This document shows positions 1-11,600 of a DNA stretch of 64,000 nt, piece after piece. Below the pieces are notes generated by a model. It saw only the letters and a program-made list of their open reading frames with translations. It was not told the origin of the DNA and did no database searches. The DNA is from a virus (Duplodnaviria; Caudoviricetes): positions 130,409 through 194,408 of the IMG/VR virus record IMGVR_UViG_3300005611_001698. One strand, 5' to 3'. A program made the translations under genes and the position numbers. How positions within the stretch are numbered: position 1 is the first letter of the stretch; each line of letters starts with the position of its first letter.

Positions 1-3000
1 ATCCGTTGCATTAAGTTGTTTTGTTTCACTAGTTACAATAGTATTGTCAGTTGTTCTGGTCTCTCTACCAATAACATTATCTACCCATGATCCCCATTCA
101 ATCTCAGCAAAACCACTTGCCTCTTCGATACCAAGTCTTTGTGTTGATGCTATAAAATCTGGACCATCTGAATCAAATTCATTAGTTTTAATTACTTTTT
201 GATCAACCCAAATATCAGATGATGGATAAAGATTAAGAGTTCCAATCCAGTTAGTAACAAGAAATGGGTTTACAGATTCAACTCTTGATGCAAAAACATT
301 TTGCATATAAATGAGATCGGCATAATTAAGAGTGAGCAAGTCACCAGTCTTTCTAAGATTTGGATCAGTCAGTTGATCGTTGAATCGAGTATCTAAAGTA
401 TTTGGGGTAGAAACTCCAATTCCAGTTAAAGCAGCAGTTGCTAATACTAGATCAACAGAGGTTGTATAGTGAGATGGTCTCAACTCTCCGTTAAATGTGT
501 CAATGGAACAACCAAAATCTTCATTCGTTTGATCTTGGATTTGATGAGTTTTAAAGTTATCGACAAAGAATCCACTCTTGAATCTATCAAGACCCTTTGC
601 ATCTTGGATTGTAAGTGCTTCGGTTTCTTTTTCAAGTAAAGATAAAGCAGTATAATATTCTAAGTTGGTGATTCTATTGTCCAAATCACCAATATCCCTC
701 ATTGTGTATCTCTTGTGTTCAGTTCTCTTTATAGAAACTCCATCAAGAGAAAAGAGATATGGAGGAAGTTTGATAATAGCAACTTCTAAGTTGTCATCAA
801 GTCCAGCTGGAAGTTGTGGATTCTCAGATGGAGTTCCCTGAACCACATTAAATCTCCCATTAGAGTCTAAGAAAACTCTATCAATTCTTCCTAAGTAATA
901 ATCATAGTTGATGATAATATTTTCATCAGATACCAGAATATTTGGAACTGATTGTCCACTTTGAGTGAAGTTTCTTGAAGCAAAATCAAATGGAGATAAC
1001 GCAGAGGAAGTGTCATAATCACCAACTCTTGGTCTGATGTCGATAATGTCAGTATTTCTTAAACCATCAAATGATGGGATGTCATTACTATAAAGTTCAT
1101 TAGCATAACTTTCCGATGTAAATAGATCTCCTGTGTCCTGAGCACCAACAACAAAGTTTTGGAAAATTATTCTAAGTTTTCTTCTCGGACTTTGCCTTTC
1201 CTTTTTACGAATAATTCTTCCATAATCATAGAATGATCTTCTCTGACCATTATCTAAAGCAAAATCATTCGTTACATTTTTATCTGGTTGGCCAGTACCG
1301 ACTACTACTCCATTTACATTTGAGGTTTGTCCAGTTGCGTTTTCACCATCTGTAAATGTTTTCTCATTCAAATAAACAATCTCAATAGTTGTTCCAGATA
1401 TTACAGAAACAACCCTAGCAACAGATTTACTTTGATTACCGATAATCTTTTCACCGACAATAAAATCAGAAGTTGTCTGATTTGGACCACTAATCGAAGT
1501 AAGTGTTAAGGTTGGAATATTTGGATCATTTTGATCATCGGATTCATAAACAGCAAGAACTCTAAGAACATCAGGTTTATTCAAAGAAATTTCTTTATCT
1601 TGAACTCTCGTTCCATAAACATTACTAAATGTTAAACCATCATTAAGAGTTGTTGATCCGATTCCAGATGCAGAATTACTTGATCTAGTAATTAAGATTG
1701 AAGATACATTATTCAGAGTTTTTTGTTTTTCAACAACTTTGTTCTTGTTGAGAGTCGCAGATACTCTAATATCTGTTTCCGATTCTCTTGATAAACCACT
1801 GATTGTAACGGTTTTGAGGTTGGATGCAAAAGCAAACATATCCTCCGTCAGAGGTTGAATCGTTCCATCTCTATAAGCAACGTGATATCTCTCTTCATCA
1901 AATGGGAGATAATACTCATTGTCTATTGCAGTTGGAAGAGTTAAAGAACTTGAGGCAGAAGAAACGTTAGTAAATGTTTTTTTAATTACTAACTGTGCTG
2001 TTCCAAGATCTACATTATCAATATTTTTACTTCCGAGTCTAGTATAAAGAGTGTTGTCTTCAACGTTTATAAGATCACCAGAAACTACCTCAAGATCTGT
2101 GATTTGTTGGACATTTTGAGGTGGAGCTCCGTCAAAAAGATTAGTTACAGTTTGAATGCCAGACAATGTAAGTTGAGAACCATCATTACTGATACTCTTA
2201 ACTTTCAATAGAACTGGATCAGAGATAGTGATATCAGTAGAAATAAATCTAACGAGATCATTAGTGGTTACGATACCAACAAATGTATTTTGACCCGCAG
2301 TGATTGTACTGAGACCAGCTGGTGATGCGTCAGCACCATTTCCACTTCTACCACTAATGGTAAACGAAGTTCCAAACTTTCTTTTAGTGGTGAGTTTTAA
2401 ATCTGCATTGAAAGTTTGGATTCCAACTGTGGTTCCTTGATAGATTGACTTAATGTTTGAAATATCGTAGTTAGTTGAAATAGCAACAGTTGTGTTATAA
2501 TTTACTCCATCTACGGAGATCTTTTCCCCCTTGTGGAAAACTCCTTTAACTTGTCTAAGACTAAACGTTGAGATTCCAGAAGAATCTTCCACAACAAAAC
2601 CTGATGCACCACTATATTGACCTGAAATAAAAGCGCCTGGTCTAAGTGAAGTAAATGGTTGAGTGATTTCTAATTTAGTATATGGAGAAATATCAAAAAG
2701 TCTAAGACTATACTCAGATTCTGGACCTTCAAAAATCTGAGATTCTAAGTTGTAATCATAAATCCTACATTCACCAATGGCGTTTCCTGCTGGTGAAGTA
2801 GAAGCCAAACCAACTCTTTCATCCCTTAGACTTGCAGCAATAGTTGTACCAAATCCAACTCTTGGCGCTCCATGAACATTATTGATTCTAATTTTTGGTC
2901 CTATTGAAATAGGAACGGCTTCTTGACTTACTTCTCTTGTGGTTCTTGGTTTCGATATATCGATTACAGTATCAGTTTGTTTTTCTACTTCAAATCCTCT

Positions 3001-4080
3001 AACGTATGCCTTTCCAGAAGAAATAACATATTCGATCAAGTTTTCAGATGGAGTATTTCCTTGATATGTTACTGAATCTGCATCATAGATTCCATCATTA
3101 CCAAGATAGTTATTTAAAGTGTTCTTAACCGAAATGTCAAATGGTTTGATATAATAATCACCCGATTCATCATAAGTTCTTCTAGCAAACTCTGCTTTGA
3201 TAAAGTTATAATCGGTATTTTTTACAAACGTCTCGATTTCACCATTTTGAATCCTCATCAATTCAACAAAACTTGGATCATCACTATCTACGATAAGTTT
3301 TGAAGTTAAAGTTGCAGTTATTTTTAATCTATCAGCACCAGGAGCAGTGTAATTGCTAAATCCCTGAGCATTATCATTTAGAGTTGGGTCTTCATCAGCA
3401 TTAATAATCTCTTCGACCACAGTCAATCCAACTTTTACAGTTGGCATTGATGCATATTGCCCTAAAAGTATTGTTTGAGGATTTACTGTTACAAAATTTC
3501 CTCTAAGAAAATATACACCTTCTTGAATATTAGCAGCAGATCCAACAATGTTGGCATTATTTGATATTACCGAGGCAAAACCTTGATTTGTCGAAATTAC
3601 AGTATTACCATATGATAAGTTATCAAGAAGAATGAGATTCTCTCCCTCTACAAAATCTCCCGTGGAAAAATTGGTTCCAGATTTTGTGATTGTAAAATAT
3701 AAAGTATCTAAACTTCTTTCAGAATCTCTTGATCTGAGGACATATTCAACTCTTGCCTCAATACCAGAAGTTTCACCTCTGAACTTTTTCCCGACAAGTT
3801 GATCAATATAAAGACTTATAGGAATCCCCGCAAAATCTGGATTTACACAGATTCCTGTAAAAACGTCCTGATATGAAAGTTGCCCAGGAATTACTTTTGC
3901 ACCCTCTTTAAAAAAGTGTGTGCCAAATTTTTCAATCTGATCTTGAAGAATCGACTGTAAACCGGTTAATTCTCTAGCTTGAACAGGAGTTCCTGCCTTA
4001 AAAAGAACTCTATGAAAATTATTTGTTGGATCAAAATCGTCATAATATGGAGTGATGTTGAGGTTAGTTTCCTGGGGCAT
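1..4080 (-). CDS. VrlC/DUF4815-like large virion structural protein (3' end runs off window)
   Basis: ATG at 4080; reads MPQETNLNITPYYDDFDPTNNFHRVLFKAGTPVQARELTGLQSILQDQIEKFG, the typical N-terminus of this cyanomyophage protein; directly downstream of gp8; probably missing from the ORF track because its stop lies outside the window. Confidence 0.8.
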   Translation of the reverse strand, partial: MPQETNLNITPYYDDFDPTNNFHRVLFKAGTPVQARELTGLQSILQDQIEKFGTHFFKEGAKVIPGQLSYQDVFTGICVNPDFAGIPISLYIDQLVGKKFRGETSGIEARVEYVLRSRDSERSLDTLYFTITKSGTNFSTGDFVEGENLILLDNLSYGNTVISTNQGFASVISNNANIVGSAANIQEGVYFLRGNFVTVNPQTILLGQYASMPTVKVGLTVVEEIINADEDPTLNDNAQGFSNYTAPGADRLKITATLTSKLIVDSDDPSFVELMRIQNGEIETFVKNTDYNFIKAEFARRTYDESGDYYIKPFDISVKNTLNNYLGNDGIYDADSVTYQGNTPSENLIEYVISSGKAYVRGFEVEKQTDTVIDISKPRTTREVSQEAVPISIGPKIRINNVHGAPRVGFGTTIAASLRDERVGLASTSPAGNAIGECRIYDYNLESQIFEGPESEYSLRLFDISPYTKLEITQPFTSLRPGAFISGQYSGASGFVVEDSSGISTFSLRQVKGVFHKGEKISVDGVNYNTTVAISTNYDISNIKSIYQGTTVGIQTFNADLKLTTKRKFGTSFTISGRSGNGADASPAGLSTITAGQNTFVGIVTTNDLVRFISTDITISDPVLLKVKSISNDGSQLTLSGIQTVTNLFDGAPPQNVQQITDLEVVSGDLINVEDNTLYTRLGSKNIDNVDLGTAQLVIKKTFTNVSSASSSLTLPTAIDNEYYLPFDEERYHVAYRDGTIQPLTEDMFAFASNLKTVTISGLSRESETDIRVSATLNKNKVVEKQKTLNNVSSILITRSSNSASGIGSTTLNDGLTFSNVYGTRVQDKEISLNKPDVLRVLAVYESDDQNDPNIPTLTLTSISGPNQTTSDFIVGEKIIGNQSKSVARVVSVISGTTIEIVYLNEKTFTDGENATGQTSNVNGVVVGTGQPDKNVTNDFALDNGQRRSFYDYGRIIRKKERQSPRRKLRIIFQNFVVGAQDTGDLFTSESYANELYSNDIPSFDGLRNTDIIDIRPRVGDYDTSSALSPFDFASRNFTQSGQSVPNILVSDENIIINYDYYLGRIDRVFLDSNGRFNVVQGTPSENPQLPAGLDDNLEVAIIKLPPYLFSLDGVSIKRTEHKRYTMRDIGDLDNRITNLEYYTALSLLEKETEALTIQDAKGLDRFKSGFFVDNFKTHQIQDQTNEDFGCSIDTFNGELRPSHYTTSVDLVLATAALTGIGVSTPNTLDTRFNDQLTDPNLRKTGDLLTLNYADLIYMQNVFASRVESVNPFLVTNWIGTLNLYPSSDIWVDQKVIKTNEFDSDGPDFIASTQRLGIEEASGFAEIEWGSWVDNVIGRETRTTDNTIVTSETKQLNATD

Positions 4081-4084
4081 TTTT

Positions 4085-5641
4085 TTAGAATTCTAAAACG
4101 ATTTTAATATCTTCTTTTTGGTTTGACGATCTTAAAACAGATGGTCTATTATCTACATAGATTATCTGTCCACTTTGAGGTTTTACCTCTGGGTTTGCTA
4201 CACCTTTGTCAAACGTCTGGCCTAGGAAGTAGGTCCTATTATTTAGAACGGTAGATATACCTGTAAAGGAAGTATCGATAGCAACTGTTGCTGTTCCTCC
4301 TGCAATATTGAAAGACGCGCTTAGATCACCATCTGGAAGAGTGTTTTGGAATCGCAAAAGTTTATATCCGTAAAGAGGAGCAGTTCCGACAGTAGAAGAA
4401 GTCGCAACACGATCATCTTGCCAATATTTTAAAACACCAGTATTTGAATCCCAAGATACAACTCTACCAATCGCAGTTGATCCAAATCCAATTGTTTGTG
4501 TTATCACATCATCTGGTGTAAACTCTATTTGATCAAGTTGAGAACCAGTAACTCTTAATGCATAAACTGCGCTTGCTTTATCCGATGAAAGTTTTGTTGT
4601 AGATCCATAAACAAGAGGATCTTTTACAACTCCAATTCTTGCAAACTCATTTCCAGTGATAAAATCTGGATTAGTACTATCATTTTCAAGTCTGGAATAG
4701 ACCATAACTTTACGAGCACCCAATTCAGAGTAAATATCGGAACCATGACCACCATTTGGAGGAATCACAACACTTGTTACTGCATCAGTGCTTGCATTTG
4801 AGTTAGTGATTCCAGCACCTTCCAAATCAAGAGTACCAAAAGAATATCCAGATCCACCAGAGGAAACATCTACGGATTCTATTTTCCCATCAGCATTAAC
4901 TGTAACACTAGCTTTTGCACCATCACCATCTCCTAAAATATCTACATTGCTATAAGTTGTTGCAGTTCCATATCCAGTGCCTCTATTACTAATAGTTACG
5001 ATTTTAATCTGACCACTAGTTGCAGCATTATCTCTGACTGCTGCATTTGCACTTCCAGTTTTCCAATCTTCTGGAACTGGAATGAAGTTAGTTGATTCAA
5101 ATCTCAAAATATCAGATGGAGTAAGAGTGTAGAGATATTTCCACACATAACCATCACCACTGCTTCCAGCAGCTCTTGGTTCCAAATCAGTGAATACCGG
5201 TTCATCGAGAGATGGCTTACCAGTTGGATTTTCTGGAGAAAATCCATTATCTAAACAAATATAAACTCTATAATCTCTATTGATTATGTAATATTTTGAA
5301 CTATAAAGTGTAGTAGAGTTTGAGACCGGAGCAAGATTATTTCTACTATAATCATGTCTATACATATCATATTTTTCACCAGAAGCCCATACATATTTTT
5401 CAACAACCCTCCTTATATCGGAAGCGTTAATTTTTTTCAAAGCAATCATCGTATCCCAATAACGATTCTCTTGATTTAAAGAATCAATCGGTGCAGGTGG
5501 ACTGGTATTCCAAGTTGGAGATAAGTCAGTTGCATTTGGTAGTCCAACCCAAACGTAGTATGAACTGCCAGTTGACGCAATTCCTGCACGAAAGTTTTCA
5601 GCACTAAGTATACGAAACTGATCAGTAATGATTGCGGACAT
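4085..5641 (-). CDS. gp8: T4-like baseplate wedge subunit gp8
   Basis: MSAIITDQFRI, YDMYRHDYS, VYICLDNG, DGYVWKYLYT and C-terminal YVDNRP..R..NQKEDIKIVLEF; gp25-gp6-gp7-gp8 synteny. Confidence 0.9.
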   Translation of the reverse strand: MSAIITDQFRILSAENFRAGIASTGSSYYVWVGLPNATDLSPTWNTSPPAPIDSLNQENRYWDTMIALKKINASDIRRVVEKYVWASGEKYDMYRHDYSRNNLAPVSNSTTLYSSKYYIINRDYRVYICLDNGFSPENPTGKPSLDEPVFTDLEPRAAGSSGDGYVWKYLYTLTPSDILRFESTNFIPVPEDWKTGSANAAVRDNAATSGQIKIVTISNRGTGYGTATTYSNVDILGDGDGAKASVTVNADGKIESVDVSSGGSGYSFGTLDLEGAGITNSNASTDAVTSVVIPPNGGHGSDIYSELGARKVMVYSRLENDSTNPDFITGNEFARIGVVKDPLVYGSTTKLSSDKASAVYALRVTGSQLDQIEFTPDDVITQTIGFGSTAIGRVVSWDSNTGVLKYWQDDRVATSSTVGTAPLYGYKLLRFQNTLPDGDLSASFNIAGGTATVAIDTSFTGISTVLNNRTYFLGQTFDKGVANPEVKPQSGQIIYVDNRPSVLRSSNQKEDIKIVLEF

Positions 5642-5658
5642 TTTAAACTTTTTCTAGT

Positions 5659-5666
5659 TATTTATG
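5659..5666 (-). promoter_or_regulatory. T4-type late promoter (CATAAATA)
   Basis: NATAAATA box about 18 nt upstream of the gp8 ATG. Confidence 0.55.
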
Positions 5667-8600
5667 TTAGGTATCCAACTGATTTCAGAGGAGTTTTTCT
5701 AAGAACAACAGGACCAGTTGATATTCCGGTAAACCCATCATTTAACTCTGGTGTAAATGATTTAGCAACCCCAGCTCTAGTAAAGTTTCTAAGTTTGCCC
5801 CAACTATATCTACCAAAGAAATCGCTATAACCAAGTCCTGTTAGGGAATTATAATCTTGAACACTTACGGTTACCTTTGCAACATATGTTGCTCCAAATC
5901 CAACTGCCTCAGTTGTTGCAATGGAGACAGAAACTGCCTCATAGACATTATCCAAGAAAGTAGTTCCTATTCCAAGAACAGATCCACCAAGATCAAGAGA
6001 TGTTACTCCATTTCCAATATTTGAATCAAATACAACAAATGGATATCCAGCAGCAATATTTGTAATCGTTTGGATTCCGGAAGGACCAACATATGCTGAA
6101 CTTCTTAACGGAGAATCATTTGGAATCAATAAATCAAATACTATTCCAGTAGATGCTAAACCAACTGAAGTAGTTGCGATCCCTGTAATAACTCCAAAAT
6201 CGCCAGAATACTCAACTCCAGTCATCTCCTCTTTATCAAATATTGGTGGAGATATGAGAACGACTGGTGGATTTGTAAATGTATATCCTGCACCAGCATT
6301 AGTAACTGTTATTGAAGTAACGGCAGTTCCGGTGATTGATGCGGATGCTGTTGCTCTTGTATCCGATCCAAATCCAACACTATTGGCAATGGATACCAGA
6401 GGAGTTGCTGTGTATCCAAGACCACTATTTGTAACTGATATTGAGAGAACAGTTCCAAACCCAGAAATCACAGCCGTGGCAGCTGCCGCAATTTTACTTC
6501 CTTGTTCAAATATATCAATTATCTGCTTCGCATCTTCAAGAGATTCATTATAAGAATCAAAAAATGGAAGAACATTGTCAACCCAAATCTCAGTTGAACC
6601 AAGACCAACAGGTTTGATAATATGAGTTTCTGGGAAGATATTTGCTTCATAGAGGATTCTATCTTTGGTAACTGACTGCCCATCAAAGAAAAGATCCTCT
6701 TGTTGTTTGCACCATATCATTGGTCTTTGAATAGTAATATCTGTTGTAAGACCAACACCAGAGTATAGATTTGTATTGAATCTGTCGGAGGTATTAATAC
6801 CAGTTACAAATCTGGATTCTTGTTCAAATGCGAATGAATTTAAATCATCGCCAGAAGTAATTCTAACTGTATCTCCAACCTTTATAGTTTCAATAATATC
6901 TTTACTGACAACATCAATATCACCAGTTCCTTTATAGAAAAGAATAGAACATGTATCGCCAACTTTTGGTGCCTCAGCGAAAGTAATATTTGATCCACCA
7001 GAGAACTGATATGCAATACCAGGTTCTTGTAATACATTGTTAAAGAAAACGAGAATTGTTTGTTCGATGTCAATTAATGATCCTCTTGCTGCTCTGATTG
7101 AAACAGAAACCTCTTCTTTTTTGAGAGTAAATACCTTGGTTTCTCCATCAAAGAAAGGATCTAACTTATCAAGTACATCAAGATCACCAAATCTCCATCC
7201 AGTAAACTTATCAGAATCAACTCTATCAATATTAATTCTAAATTCACTGAATCCTGCCCCAACAGTTGAATCGGTTGGGATACCAGTTATACCACCTGAT
7301 GGGATTGTGAGGATTTCTCCATCTTTATATCCATATCCACTGTTGATGATTTCAAAGTTTGTGACACTTGAACCAAGTGAAACTTGAATATCGACATAAG
7401 CATTTGTTCCAATTTGAGTTCCAGGAGAATCTGGATGATAAATCAGAGGAATGCGAGTATATGGAGTTGGGTTATCAAATACAACAATAGGTGGATTGCT
7501 AAACGTATATCCAGTTCCTGGATTAGTAATCGATACTCCAACAACATTTCCGTTAGAAATAGTTGCGGTTCCAATCGAAACTACATCAACTGTATCAAGA
7601 TCAGTAGTTCTCAGACCAACATTGTAAGTAAGTTCCTGAACAATGCCGTTTAAAGTTGCGATACCAGACCTATATCCAGAACCACTATTTCCAATACTAA
7701 TAGAGGTTACTGTTCCAAATCCAGAAATATTAGCCGTACCACCAGCAGCAACTAAAGGTTGGTATCCAAAACCTTGTGTTGATCCAACAGAAACTATAAC
7801 ACCACCAACAGGAACTGATCCTGTATTGACATCATTACTTACAGAAGCACCAAAACCACTGAATACAATTGATGTAATTCCAGCATTCTCAGTAAACGCA
7901 AAATCATTAATTCTGGATCCTTGAGAGGGAATCTGAGCGATATCATTTATTAGAATGAAAGCATGGTTTGTGCTAAATCCAGAGACATTTGCTTCATCTT
8001 GTTTGATCGCAAATGTTTTTCCGACACCAGTTAGCTGTGGAGAAATCGAATCAAAAAGATAGTTCGTTGCATAAGTATGGGTACTTGATCCAACAACACC
8101 ATTTCTGAGGAAAGTTCTTCCTTGGAAAGTTGATGATGTTTGAATACCAGTCCAATCAATCTCATCTGGATCAGTTGCATCTTCTGGCGGTTGAATACCA
8201 TTTGGTGCAGTATAGAAATTAATAGTATTATCAACAATATTATAAGAACCTTCATATTTTTCAACTAATGTCCCACTTGGATGAGTAGAAAGTCCAGTGC
8301 CCATCCACGCTCTCTTTACAAGGAGAACGTTAGTGCTGCCAAATCCAACTTGATCAACTCGCATAAACTCATCTTCAACCTTTAATAAGTCACCACCAAA
8401 GAATGAAGAAACTCCAGAAAGTCTTATAAACTGACCACCAAAACTCATATCCTCGATAAGAGTATGTTCAATGTTTCCTGGAATTACAGGATCTTGAATA
8501 TTATTATCAAGTGCGATTATACATTTGGTATTTTGATCCTGAGCAGTAAATGTATGAGAAGTTCCAATACCAACTGTTGTTAGGTCAAGATAGTTTCCTG

Positions 8601-11600
8601 ATGCAGATGCTAGAGCATCTTCAGGAGTTGCTGCGAGACGAATTGATTTATCATCTATTTTAATAGCATAGACATAATCTGGAAGTTTATCCGTAGATCC
8701 ATATCCAGAAATAGTTGTAGTGGCAATTCCAATAGCAGAGGTATTACCAGTTCCAGTTGGATTATATGTCAATCTCTCTCCAGAAGTGAAGAAGTGATTT
8801 GGTAAAACAACCAAATCATTATTTGTATCGACAATCAATGAATCACTGGCATCAAATGATTTAACAAATATTGGATCACCACCATGAAAAAGACCAAATG
8901 CTCTTCTGACATCTGCTTGAGTATTTGTATAGGTTCCCTCAATACCTTCAATTCTAGTATCCTGGATGTCAATATAATTGATTTGTTCCACACCACCTTT
9001 AACATGAGCAGCTGAAGTTACAAATGTTTTTGCGATTACATTTGTAGATACTGGTGGTGTGTAAACAACATTATATTTTCCGCCAACGGAGTTACTGCCA
9101 ATAGTTCCAATTCCTGTATTTAAATTATCACTATCATCATCGACAGAACCAAATAAAGTTTGATACGTAATGCCATCAGTGTCGGATAAGAAAATACCTT
9201 CAACTAACTCATACCGGTCATTGGTAACATCATGAAGATGAATAATAACATAAGCACCGTCCTCATCAACAGTTGTATTATTTCCAAAATTGGCGATTGT
9301 GGTAATACCAGGAGAACCAGAAGATGGCACATTAGTATATTGTGCTCGTAAATCTCCATTAGTAAGTGAGATTGTTGCAACTCCTACTGTTGAAACTCCA
9401 CTTAGGAAAGATGTTTTAAGAATATTAAAAGTAACTGCTGCTCCGACATAATCAGACGAAGGAGTAAAGTTAATATAAAGAACTCCGCCACTAATGTTTG
9501 ATCCGAATGTGCCAATATTTGGGGATGAGGTGATGTTTAAATCAGCATCTCCAATGTTTCCATATTCAACACCATAGACTTCATTATTATTATGAAGAAT
9601 ATTTAAATCAACAACCTCATGTGTATGATTAGTGTCCATCTGAATCATGAACTTATGTGAGGCATCAAAGGACGCAGTTGGGAAACCAACAATATTAACA
9701 GCAGTGGAACCTGCTGATATTTGACAACCCCTTGCACTTATCTCAACGATATCTCCAATAGTTGTAACTCCTACGAGAGTTGAAAGACCAACAGCAGAGT
9801 GAGTATCTCTATCGATATTATAAACTAACCCATGAATGTCATAGTTATTTGTATCATATTTTTGTGGGTAGAATAAAAGTTGACCTTCACTTCCAAGAGC
9901 TTGGAAATCAAAATATCCATTAAGATCCGATGGTCCATTAACGATTGCATATTCTTGAATATACCCATTAATGCCATCATCAAGAAGAAGTTCAACAATT
10001 TGCATTCTTCTTTCGCCAAGGAACTGAGTATCCTCAGTCATCAAGAAGTATTTTCTATATCGAGTTCCAGCAAGAGGGAATGTATCGATTATAGAATATC
10101 TTGTTGCTCTTGGAGTATTATTAAATTCATCTGAAAAATTATCGATACTTAATACTCTATTTCCAACTGACTCTTCGTAATCTGTCAGTGCAATAGTACT
10201 TGTTAGGATCTCGTCAGAGAAAAATGATCCAGATATAAATTTGTTTGTTTCAGAAACTAGATCAAAATCATATCTACAATATGTTTCTACCTCTGAAATG
10301 AGATCAAGTAACAACTCTATGTTACTTGAAGAAATGCCAACGGATTTGAATGTTTCATCACGAGATTCAATTTGTAGATCTGAGAATTTTTTGAATCCAA
10401 TAGTGTGATCCATAGACGACACAATATCATTCCAAGTGTCATACGCAATTTTTGATTTTAATGAGTATGAAAAATATTGATAATAATCACTGTCAATCAA
10501 TCTTTGCTCATTAGTACTTGGTTTGCCAGTGTCTTTTTCCCATCCCTTTATGACAGGTGGAGCAGCTTCAATATCGTACAGAGAATCTACATTGATCTTA
10601 TCAGAAACTTTTGCAATGGTCCCAGAACCAAGACCTTTAATATCATCGCCGGTTAAAATTTCTTTATTGCAGTTGATTTTTAAGATCTTGTTCGCGTTAT
10701 CCCAAGTAGAAACCTTTCCATATTTTTGCTCATTTATATTTGTTATAACAACTTCTTCACCAATAGAAAAATCATTTTTCTTGAGAACTGGATTGAAAAC
10801 TGGAAAATCCTCAAATGGAATGACCCTACCAGAAGATCTAACAGTTGAATATGTTCCTGGATTAGAAACATTTGCATCAAGTTTATAAGTAACCGATCCA
10901 ATACCACCAATATTTGCGTCAATGTTAGTAATTTCAAAGAACTTGTAGTTATAGTCTACTGAGTTATATCCAGATCCAGTAGATGCTATTCCAACACCTT
11001 CAACAAAAATTTTGTTCCCAACAGAAAATGGAAATGATCCTACTGTTGAAAATCCAACGTTCAACTGAAGTGTTACTTCTTTTGTAATAGTATTAAAACC
11101 AACTGTATTAATTCCGACACCATTTGAGTTGTTGATCGTAATAATCGATGGATTAGTGTCAGAGAGATTTTTTGCGTTTTCTTTTATGTTTACCTTTGAT
11201 ACAGATCCATTTCTTACTTCTGCTTGAAGAATGACATTTTCAATCTTTTTATTTGTTATGGTGTCAATAACTACAAGATTTGGGGCAATATTGTATCCAT
11301 TACCACCAGAACTAATCCCAATACTTTCAAAAGAACTTAATTCCTCAACACGCAAAATTTCTGGTGTATTTGCAATAACTTTTAAAGTTGGATCAAAAGA
11401 GTAGTTATAACCATTATTTTTTGTTCTAGTTCTACTGATAGAACCCATAGTTCCATTCAATCTAATCAAAGCATTGGAACCAGTGGTTGATGCAATAGAG
11501 GTAATCCCTGGAAGATTTTCGTAATTTACATTACTATTTTTTATATTGATTGAATCAATAGGTCCAGTTGCATTTTCTGATTTATGAGTGTAATAAAACT